From positions 48,551 through 68,550 of the forward strand of contig JBLNDL010000033.1 in the NCBI GenBank assembly GCA_050261575.1: a stretch of 20,000 nt of DNA, read 5' to 3'. The DNA is from Sphingomonadaceae bacterium (GTDB taxonomy: Bacteria > Chloroflexota > UBA6077). How positions within the stretch are numbered: the stretch's first letter is position 1; each line of letters begins with the position of its first letter. Positions 7,867 through 15,020 of this stretch are shown here, piece by piece. The notes under the pieces are model-generated. The model was not told the DNA's origin. It did not search any database and worked only from the letters and a program-made list of their open reading frames with translations. The position numbers and the translations under genes are program-made.

Positions 7867-8457
7867 ATGGCGGAGAGGATCGCGCTGACGGTGGTGGATC
7901 TGCAGAACGACTTCATGCCGGGGGGCACCCTAGCGGTGCACGAGGGCGACCACGTGGTGCAGGTGGCTAACCGCTACTTGGAGATGTTCAAGGTGGCGGG
8001 GGTGCCGATCTACGCCACCCGGGATTGGCACCCGCCGGCGACCAAGCACTTCAAACAGTACGGCGGGATCTGGCCTCCCCACTGCGTGCAGGGCACGTGG
8101 GGGGCCGAGTTCCACTCGGAACTGCGGTTGCCCACGGATGTCATCGTGGTCTCCAAGGGGATGGATCCCGAACAGGACAGCTACTCTGCCTTCGACGCCT
8201 TCGAGGCCGACGGCACCCCGTTGGCCGAATCACTCCGGCGTCGGGGAGTCGAGAGGCTATACATCGGTGGGCTTGCCACCGACTACTGCGTGCGCTGGTC
8301 GGTGCTGTCCGCGATGAAGCTGGGCTTCAAGATAACGGTTCTGCTGGACGCCAGCCTCGGGGTGAATCTGAGTCCCCACGACTCCGAGAGGGCAATCACC
8401 GAGATGGTTCGGGAGGGGGCGGAGGTGACCACCATCGAGCGGGTCAAGCTGTGGTGA
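7867..8457 (+). CDS. pncA: Nicotinamidase/pyrazinamidase (isochorismatase family)
   Basis: ATG 7867 with RBS AGGAGGT. Motifs VVDLQNDF, TRDWH, WPPHCVQGTWGAEF, VSKG, YSAF, GLATDYCV (Asp-Lys-Cys triad). Confidence 0.92.
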   Translation: MAERIALTVVDLQNDFMPGGTLAVHEGDHVVQVANRYLEMFKVAGVPIYATRDWHPPATKHFKQYGGIWPPHCVQGTWGAEFHSELRLPTDVIVVSKGMDPEQDSYSAFDAFEADGTPLAESLRRRGVERLYIGGLATDYCVRWSVLSAMKLGFKITVLLDASLGVNLSPHDSERAITEMVREGAEVTTIERVKLW

Positions 8458-8467
8458 GCATGCCCGG

Positions 8468-9412
8468 CTAGCTTCCCGGCCCTGGGCTTTGGAGGCCGAG
8501 CATGAGCGCGCCGGGGACCTCTTTCGAGAGAGCCACCACGTCGTTCCGGTCGAGCAGGCCTCTCTCCGTGATGTAGCCTGTGAGGTATCGAGTCGGGGTG
8601 ACGTCGAAGGCGACGTTGCGGGCCACTACGCCCGGGATCGGCTCCGGTAGAATCGCCCGGGAGTCCCTCTCCTCCGGAGGGAGGCGTTTGCCGCGCTCCT
8701 CCCATGGGGCTATCTTGTGGGTTTCCGCGAGGGCATAGAAGGGCACCCGGCAGCGGCGCGCCGCCAATGCCAGCAGCAGGGTGCCGGTCCCGTTCACCAG
8801 GGCGCCGTTGGGCCGGATCGTGCCGGCCCCGACCAGGGCGGCACCCGCCTCCGGGGCGAAGATCCCGACCTCGGCGTCTGTGATCAGCGTGGTGGGGATC
8901 CCCCTCGCCGCCAAGGCGGCTGCCGTCTTCCACCCCTCGCATCGTGGCCGGGACTCGGCCACCGTAACCCCGCTGATCACTCCGCGAGCCCAGCACTCCT
9001 TCAGGGCGTGGAGGACGGTGGAGGAGTAGCCGAGGGTGATGACGATTCCGGTCACCACCTCGGCTGCGTGATCGGCGATGACGGAGAGAGAGCTGTCCTG
9101 CCTCGCGATCCACCTTCTGGCCTCATCCGCCGCGGCTGCCCTGGCTGCCCCCACGTTGTGGGCCCCGCCCGCCTCCAACCAAGCGGCGAGCACCGCAGCG
9201 ACCCCGTTGGACAGCGAGGCAACGCTGGGGCGGGCTATGCCCAGTCCGCGGGCAGTGTCCAGGAAGAGGTCGGCGAAGCTGTCGTTGGGCAGGGCGGGGT
9301 CGGTGGCCATCTCTCCCAGCAGCTCCAAGGCCCGCCGTGCTAGGCCGGTGGCCCCCATCTCCTCCTCTTCACGAATCGCCTCGACGCGGCTGGCGATCTC
9401 CTGGACGTTCAT
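8468..9412 (-). CDS. eIF-2B alpha/beta/delta (IF-2B) family protein, R15P-isomerase/MtnA-like
   Basis: ATG 9412, 314 aa. Motifs ARPSVASLSN, TLGYSSTV, VAESRP.EG, LITDA, LVGAGTI...NGTGT, AETHK, NVAFDVTP...ITERG. Confidence 0.85.
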   Translation of the reverse strand: MNVQEIASRVEAIREEEEMGATGLARRALELLGEMATDPALPNDSFADLFLDTARGLGIARPSVASLSNGVAAVLAAWLEAGGAHNVGAARAAAADEARRWIARQDSSLSVIADHAAEVVTGIVITLGYSSTVLHALKECWARGVISGVTVAESRPRCEGWKTAAALAARGIPTTLITDAEVGIFAPEAGAALVGAGTIRPNGALVNGTGTLLLALAARRCRVPFYALAETHKIAPWEERGKRLPPEERDSRAILPEPIPGVVARNVAFDVTPTRYLTGYITERGLLDRNDVVALSKEVPGALMLGLQSPGPGS

Positions 9413-9500
9413 CCCTTGGCAGCTTCCCTTCCTTGCGATAGTATCGTGCTGGCACGGTCTGAGCAGGAAGAGTACCCGAGGGAGAGCCCGAGCGGGAGCG

Positions 9501-9788
9501 ATGTCGACCACCGAGACCACTACCACACCCGAGACGGGGCAGCGGCGTCAGTTGCTGCCTCCCTACGCGGTCATCCTGCACAACGACGACGTGAACGAGA
9601 TGGGCTACGTCGCCATGGTGCTGGTGAAGAGCGTGCCCGGCCTGACCACCGAGCGAGCGGTGGAGATCATGCTGACGGCGCACTTTCAGGGGCGGGCGGT
9701 GGTGATCGTGTGCCCGCTGGAGCTGGCGGAGCTGTATCGGGAGCGGCTCGAGGGGCACGGCCTGACGGCTACCATCGAGAAGGCGTAG
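9501..9788 (+). CDS. clpS: ATP-dependent Clp protease adaptor ClpS
   Basis: 95 aa from ATG 9501. PPYAVILHNDDVN...AVEIMLTAH..GRAVV...AELY...GLTATIE. Confidence 0.93.
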   Translation: MSTTETTTTPETGQRRQLLPPYAVILHNDDVNEMGYVAMVLVKSVPGLTTERAVEIMLTAHFQGRAVVIVCPLELAELYRERLEGHGLTATIEKA

Positions 9789-9831
9789 CGGGGGGAGGTG
9801 GGGGCCGCCCGAGCCCTGGCCCTGCAACGTG

Positions 9832-9914
9832 CCCCTATCCCGACCCTCTCCCAGAGGGAGAGGGAGCATTGGTGACCGCCTCTCCCCTGGGGGCCGCCTG
9901 CAGGCGGGTGAGGG
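9832..9914. repeat. REP-like doublet (CCCTCTCCC-aga-GGGAGAGGG type)
   Basis: Perfect 9-bp hairpin at 9844-9864 plus a degenerate inverted partner (CCTCTCCCCTGGGGG...GGGTGAGGG) at 9879-9914. Confidence 0.55.
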
Positions 9915-9959
9915 CCGCGCCCCCGACTCAGCAGGCCCACCGTTGACATAAGGTCCAGC

Positions 9960-9988
9960 TTGACCTGTTCCTCCCCTTCGGGTATATT
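9960..9988 (+). promoter_or_regulatory. sigma-70-type promoter upstream of serA
   Basis: TTGACC, 17 nt spacer, TATATT. Confidence 0.6.
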
Positions 9989-10115
9989 CTCCAGGCTGTC
10001 CCGCGGACGGCCTCGTTTGATTCCCCATGCAAGTCGAGGGCGCACTCCCACGCCGGCCGTCGCCAGTTGACGATATACTTCAGTGTGGGCAGCTATCCTT
10101 CGTAATTGGTGAGCC

Positions 10116-11693
10116 ATGAGAGTACTGGTAAGCGATCCGGTGGCCAACGACGGAGTCGACTACCTGCGGCAGTACGCCGAGGTCGACCTGAAGACCGGTC
10201 TGAGTCCGGAGGAGTTGATTCGGATCATTCCGGGCTACGACGCCCTGGTGGTGCGGAGCGAAACGAAGGTGACGGCCGAGGTGGTCGAAGCCGGAGCGCG
10301 GCTCCAGGTGATCGGGCGGGCCGGCGTTGGCATCGACAACATAGACGTGGCCGCGGCGACGCGGCGGGGCATCGTGGTGGTGAACGCGCCAACCGGCAAC
10401 AACATCGCGGCAGCCGAGCACACGATCGGTATGATGCTGGCCGTGGCCCGCAACATCCCCCAGGCGCACCTCTCTCTCCGAGCCGGGAAGTGGCAGCGTT
10501 CCAAGTTCATGGGGGTGGAGCTGAGAAACAAGCTGCTGGGGGTGGTCGGACTGGGGAAGATCGGGACGGAGGTGGCCCGGCGCGCCCAGGGGTTGGAGAT
10601 GCAGGTCATCGCGTTCGACCCCTACCTGTCGGCCGAGCACGCGAAGAAGCTGGGCATCGAGGCGGTGACCCTGGACGATCTGCTACGGCGGGCAGACTTC
10701 GTGACTGTGCACGTGCCTTTGACTCAGCAGACCCGGGGGCTGATCGGGGCGGAGCAGTTGCGCAGGATGAAGCCTACGGCCAGGCTGATCAACTGCGCCC
10801 GTGGTGGCGTGGTCGACGAGGCGGCATTGCTGAATGCCCTGGACGAAGGGGTCATCGCCGGGGCGGCCCTCGACGTCTTCGCCCAGGAGCCTCCCCCTGC
10901 GGATAGCCCCCTGCTGTGCCACGACAAGGTGGTGGTGACCCCTCACCTGGCGGGGTCCACGGTGGAGGCGCAGGTGGGGGTGGCTCTGGATGTGGCGGAG
11001 CAGATAGTTGCGGTCCTGCGGGGCCAGTCTGCCCGATACGCGGTAAACGCCCCGGTGATCCTACCGGAGGCGATGTCGGTGCTCGGTCCCTACATGGAGC
11101 TGGCGGGGAAGCTCGGCAGCATGGCCACCCAGCTCTCCGAGGGGCAGCTTCGCTCCATCGAGGTCACCTACGCTGGGGAGATAGCGGAGCTGGAGACCGC
11201 GCCCCTCAAGGCGATGGTGATCAAGGGGTTGCTGCAGCCGGTGCTGGCCGAGGAGATCAATCTGGTCAACGCGACGGTCATCGCCAAGAGTCGTGGCCTG
11301 AACGTGGTGGAGCGGAAGACGGGCCAGGTGAACAACTACAGCAACCTCATCACCATCCAGCTCGACACCGATCGTTCCTCTCACATCGTGGCGGGTACGG
11401 CGATGCTGGGCGAGCCCCATCTGGTGCGCGTGGACAAGTATTGGGTGGACGTGGTGCTGGCCGGCGGCACCATGCTGTTCAGCTACCACCGAGACCGGCC
11501 CGGCATGATCGGCCACGTGGGGACGGTGCTGGGCAAGGCGAACGTCAACATCTCTTTCATGTCGGTGGGCCGGCTGGCGCCCAAGGGCGAATCGCTGATG
11601 GTGATCGGTGTCGATGATCCGGTGGGGCCTGCCCTCGTGGAGAAGCTGCTGGCAGTACCCGACATCTACGCGATCCGTGTGGCGAGGATCTGA
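10116..11693 (+). CDS. serA: D-3-phosphoglycerate dehydrogenase (type I, ASB + ACT domains)
   Basis: VRSETKV, GRAGVGIDNID, AAAEHT, GLGKIG, INCARGG, AALDVF..EP, TPHLAGST.EAQ and C-terminal ACT domain (DRPGMIG.VGTVLG..NVNI). 525 aa. Confidence 0.97.
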   Translation: MRVLVSDPVANDGVDYLRQYAEVDLKTGLSPEELIRIIPGYDALVVRSETKVTAEVVEAGARLQVIGRAGVGIDNIDVAAATRRGIVVVNAPTGNNIAAAEHTIGMMLAVARNIPQAHLSLRAGKWQRSKFMGVELRNKLLGVVGLGKIGTEVARRAQGLEMQVIAFDPYLSAEHAKKLGIEAVTLDDLLRRADFVTVHVPLTQQTRGLIGAEQLRRMKPTARLINCARGGVVDEAALLNALDEGVIAGAALDVFAQEPPPADSPLLCHDKVVVTPHLAGSTVEAQVGVALDVAEQIVAVLRGQSARYAVNAPVILPEAMSVLGPYMELAGKLGSMATQLSEGQLRSIEVTYAGEIAELETAPLKAMVIKGLLQPVLAEEINLVNATVIAKSRGLNVVERKTGQVNNYSNLITIQLDTDRSSHIVAGTAMLGEPHLVRVDKYWVDVVLAGGTMLFSYHRDRPGMIGHVGTVLGKANVNISFMSVGRLAPKGESLMVIGVDDPVGPALVEKLLAVPDIYAIRVARI

Positions 11694-11715
11694 TAGCTCT
11701 ATTGAGGTTGTTCTC

Positions 11716-12312
11716 GTGGACAGACTGCGCGAGTTCTGGCACTGGTTCGATCAACTGAGTGACGTGAAGAAGGTGGCCGCTGGCTCCGCCGTGACGCTCT
11801 TTCTCTTCGCCTCGTGGCTGTACACCCTGGGGTTCTTGGGCCTGGCAGCCTCGGCTCGACAGGCGCAGGCGCGGCCCGAGTCCACTCCGCTGGCGACGCC
11901 GCCCGTTGCCAGCCCCACGGCAGTGGCTCCGGCTGCCCGCGCCACCCTGCCCCCGGCTACCCCTGGAGCCCCCGAGCCCACCTCCTCCATCTACCATCCG
12001 GTCCCGCCGCCGCCCACCCCGAGACCCTACGTGCAGCCCACTGCTCGAACCGTACCCACCAGGACTCCAACACCCCAACCTTCGAAGACGGTGTCCCCGC
12101 AGGCCACGAAGAGTGCGACTCCCGGTGTAGGGACTCCTGCGCCCACCGGCTCCGTTCCCACGCCGACGAGGCAAGGGGTCCCTCTGGTGACCCCGGGTAT
12201 CCCCCCCACGTCGCAGCCCGGAGCGGCGACCCCAACGCCGACCCATCGGGCAGCGACTCCCACCGCCACGATGGTGCCCACAACCGCCACGCCGACGGCT
12301 ACCTCGCGTTAG
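11716..12312 (+). CDS. Membrane-anchored Pro/Thr-rich low-complexity protein
   Basis: GTG 11716 with RBS GAGGT. One N-terminal hydrophobic helix followed by about 145 aa of TP/PT repeats. It fills the serA-HD gap in operon orientation. Confidence 0.7.
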   Translation: MDRLREFWHWFDQLSDVKKVAAGSAVTLFLFASWLYTLGFLGLAASARQAQARPESTPLATPPVASPTAVAPAARATLPPATPGAPEPTSSIYHPVPPPPTPRPYVQPTARTVPTRTPTPQPSKTVSPQATKSATPGVGTPAPTGSVPTPTRQGVPLVTPGIPPTSQPGAATPTPTHRAATPTATMVPTTATPTATSR

Positions 12313-12329
12313 CTTGGAGGGTCTGAAGA

Positions 12330-13040
12330 ATGGTGTCCGAATTGGAGTTGCCCAAGGCGGGTCACGGGAACGTCGCGGTGACCCTGGAGATGGTCAGGTC
12401 GAATCCTGCGATCCGCTGCTACCTGGAGGCCGCCGACCAGCAGGCCATCTTGAAGGGCTACACCGAGCACGGGCTGCGCCACGCCAACCTGGTGTCGACG
12501 GTCACCCAAAGCATTCTGATGCAGTTGCAGGCGCCGCCCCGCCGGATCGAGCTGGGCGCCATCGCGGGTTACATCCACGACGTTGGGAACCTCGTGGGGC
12601 GCGAGTGGCACAGCTCCAGCGGGGGGACCATCGCTTTGGGGCTGCTCCAGCAACTGGGGATGGCGCCCGAGGAGATCGCCGTGGTGGTGCCGGCCATCGC
12701 CAACCACGACGAGCGTCACGGGGAACCGGTCAGCGACGTCAGCGCCGCGCTGATCCTGGCCGACAAGTCCGACGTCCATCGCAGCCGAGTCCGGAACCCC
12801 AATCCCGCAACCTTCGACAACCACGACCGCGTGAACTACGCCGCGCGCCGCAGTTTCGTGCGGGTAGACGTCAAGAAGCGAGTGATAGCCTACGAGCTGG
12901 CGATCGAGACCGAGTTTCTCCCCGGGGGCGTACTAGACTATTTCGAGATCTTCCTCCCCCGCATGTTGATAGCGCGGAGGTCCGCCGAGTTCCTGAAATG
13001 CCAGTTCGAGATGGTCATCAACAACACCAGGGTGTTCTGA
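12330..13040 (+). CDS. HD-domain phosphohydrolase
   Basis: YTEHGLRH, YIHDVGN, NHDE, LADKSDVHRSRVRN. RBS GGAGG. Confidence 0.88.
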   Translation: MVSELELPKAGHGNVAVTLEMVRSNPAIRCYLEAADQQAILKGYTEHGLRHANLVSTVTQSILMQLQAPPRRIELGAIAGYIHDVGNLVGREWHSSSGGTIALGLLQQLGMAPEEIAVVVPAIANHDERHGEPVSDVSAALILADKSDVHRSRVRNPNPATFDNHDRVNYAARRSFVRVDVKKRVIAYELAIETEFLPGGVLDYFEIFLPRMLIARRSAEFLKCQFEMVINNTRVF

Positions 13041-13107
13041 GCAACCACCCACAGAGCGGTACAGATCCTGCCCGATCCCCGTCTGAGACTTGCCGAAGGG
13101 GTGAAGG

Positions 13108-13569
13108 ATGGGTGCGCGCGGGGAGATCTCTGGCGGGGAGCGGGCTGCCCGATGGGCGATAGTTGGGCTGTCGCTGCTGGGGGCGGCCGATGCGCTCTAC
13201 ATGCTCTCCTACACAGGGGGATTGCTGAAGAGACTGGCCTGCCCCTTCTTCGGTGAGGGGTGCGAGATAGTGGGGCGGTCTTCCCATGCCAGCCACTTCG
13301 GGGTCCCCAACGCGGCCGTGGGGGCGGTGGGCTACGCCGCCATGGCGGCGTTGGCGCTCTGGGCGGGGGACAGGCCGCTGGAGCGCCGTCCCTGGCCCTC
13401 CCTGGGGCTGGCCTTCACCTCGCTGTCGGCCTTCGTAGCCAGCGTCTACCTCACCTGGGAGCAGGCCGCCAAGGTCGGGGCCTGGTGCTTCTGGTGCATC
13501 ACCTCGGCCGCCATCAACGTCCTCATCCTTCCCCTGGCCCTCCGGGGGGTGCGTGCCGTCCGTCTCTAG
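13108..13569 (+). CDS. Vitamin K epoxide reductase (VKOR) family disulfide-bond protein
   Basis: Multiple TM helices, loop Cys pair CPFFGEGC, FGVP and active-site WCFWC. Confidence 0.9.
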   Translation: MGARGEISGGERAARWAIVGLSLLGAADALYMLSYTGGLLKRLACPFFGEGCEIVGRSSHASHFGVPNAAVGAVGYAAMAALALWAGDRPLERRPWPSLGLAFTSLSAFVASVYLTWEQAAKVGAWCFWCITSAAINVLILPLALRGVRAVRL

Positions 13570-13668
13570 GAACCTGTCCGGCAACCACAACGGCACAAAG
13601 ACACGAAGGTGCGCCGAGGCCACTACTCGGTCTCACTTCGTGCCCTTCGTGTCTTCGTGGCCAGGTTC
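13570..13668. repeat. Long imperfect hairpin built from 9-nt CACGAAG-type units between convergent genes (REP-like or bidirectional terminator)
   Basis: GAACCTG...CCACAACGGCACAAAGACACGAAG...CTTCGTGCCCTTCGTGTCTTCGTGG...CAGGTTC. Confidence 0.65.
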
Positions 13669-13697
13669 TCGGATAGGCTCCGGGGCTTGGGCCGGCT

Positions 13698-14276
13698 CTA
13701 CCTGTTCGACCAGGATTGCGGGGACCAACTGTCGTTGTAGATGTAGCGGGACACCATATCCAGGGTGGTCTGCACCTCGTCGTGGCGACGGGCGTTCTCC
13801 AGGGCGATGGCGCCCAGGTTGGCAACGGCCTCCACGAACTCGATGTCGTCGGTTCCGAACTCCCGGGGCAAGTCGGTGTAGACTCGCATGACCCCGATCA
13901 CCTGGCCCCTGAGCCGCATCGGTACCGAGAGGATGGAGGCGATGCCCTCCTGGACGTTCTGGGGGCCGTACTGGACCCGTGGATCGCTGCCGGCATCCAG
14001 CACCGCCACGGAACGGCCCTCCAGTGCCTCCGCCATGCTTCGGTCCACGTTGACCGGTCCCTTCCGAATGTACCAGTCGCTGAGGCCGTAGTCCACGCCG
14101 TGGCGCAACTCGCGGCGGTCCGGGCTGAGGAGCATGATCGAACATGCCTTGGTCCCCAATGCCTGGGCGGTGCTCTGGACTATGGCCTTCAGCACGTCCT
14201 TCGGCTGGAGGCTGGAATTGACGGTGACAGCCACCTCGTAGAGGGCGCGAAAGTAGCAGGTCTCTTTGGCATCCAT
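13698..14276 (-). CDS. Stand-alone GAF-domain protein
   Basis: ATG 14276 (or GTG 14279) with RBS AAGGAG. Motifs VNSSL..DVL..IV, ACSIMLL, EGIASILSVPM..RGQVIGVMRVY, F..DDIEF..AVAN.GAIALENAR. No output domain. 192 aa. Confidence 0.88.
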   Translation of the reverse strand: MDAKETCYFRALYEVAVTVNSSLQPKDVLKAIVQSTAQALGTKACSIMLLSPDRRELRHGVDYGLSDWYIRKGPVNVDRSMAEALEGRSVAVLDAGSDPRVQYGPQNVQEGIASILSVPMRLRGQVIGVMRVYTDLPREFGTDDIEFVEAVANLGAIALENARRHDEVQTTLDMVSRYIYNDSWSPQSWSNR

Positions 14277-14501
14277 CACGAGCTCCTTCTCCGTCTCGAT
14301 CTGGTCCAGGTTTCCCCGGGCCTGCGGATGTTCATCCCATCGCCACACTCTTCGGCTTCTCTCGGCCGGGGCGATGCCGGGGATCGCCGGGACAGCAGCT
14401 AAGACCACGATCAGACTTGGAACCGGCTACTCTTTCTCCAACGGTCCTCCCTTCGCTGATATCGCCGAGCCTGAGCGCGGCGTTCCTTGAAAGCGACGCC
14501 T

Positions 14502-14555
14502 GTAGGGCACGACACACGTAATGCGAGCGGGCGCGGCGTCACGTATGCCCCGCCG
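14502..14555 (-). repeat. Hairpin element A, copy 2
   Basis: 42/54 identity with 2975-3028. On the minus strand it forms a 16-position stem (15 paired, 4 of them G-U) around the same GCGCCCGCTCGC loop core. Confidence 0.7.
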
Positions 14556-14641
14556 CCGGATGCGTCCGATGGGCTGGGCGGCAGGGGATGAACCCCGCCC
14601 CAACCATCGAGTTCGCGGAACGGCGAGCTTAGTAGGTCGCC

Positions 14642-14669
14642 AGTATAGCATTTGCTGTTTTTGCGCCAA
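14642..14669 (-). promoter_or_regulatory. Putative promoter for the GAF gene leader
   Basis: Minus strand TTGGCG, 16 nt spacer, TATACT, with extended -10 TGc. Confidence 0.5.
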
Positions 14670-14739
14670 GCAGTTATCTCCAGTTCATGTCAACTGCTCT
14701 AGCGGGAAACGTGTACTCTGCCTAGAGATATCCGCTTAG
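14666..14739. repeat. Element E, copy 2
   Basis: CCAAGCAGTTATCTCCAG...CTAGAGATATCCGCTTAG. Shares the internal AGTTCATGT and CTCTAGC.GGAAACGTG.ACTC with 6756-6828. Confidence 0.75.
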
Positions 14740-14771
14740 TAGGCCGGTCGCAAGCGCTGTCTCGCGGGCTC

Positions 14772-14812
14772 TTGTCCACGAAATTATCGAATTATCCACA
14801 AAAACATCCACA
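14772..14812 (+). promoter_or_regulatory. Cluster of DnaA-box-like direct repeats
   Basis: TTGTCCACG (14772), perfect TTATCCACA (14792) and ACATCCACA (14804), all in the same orientation within an AT-rich patch. Confidence 0.5.
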
Positions 14813-14938
14813 AGCGGCGATCCTAAGAAGGTGGTGGTGGCGGACGATCCCGTCGATAGCGGCTCCCTGATCGGCGAAGACGCTGGGGTTTCCGAAGGTC
14901 CACGATGAGAGTAGTAGCAAGACAAGTGCCGTTTCGCG

Positions 14939-14968
14939 TTGACCGCTGCCACTACCAGGACCTACAAT
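14939..14968 (+). promoter_or_regulatory. sigma-70-type promoter for the sucCD-like operon
   Basis: TTGACC, 18 nt spacer, TACAAT, about 50 nt before GTG 15021. Confidence 0.65.
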
Positions 14969-15020
14969 GCCGCAGTTGTAGCCTCGCTAGTCCCCCATTC
15001 GCTTAACGAGGTGCTCAAAG

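Noticed and set aside
7840..13060. Exact 12-mer CCACAGAGCGGT at 7840-7851 and 13049-13060
   Set aside because: Exact 12-mer matches are expected by chance in 20 kb, and there is no extension or structure.
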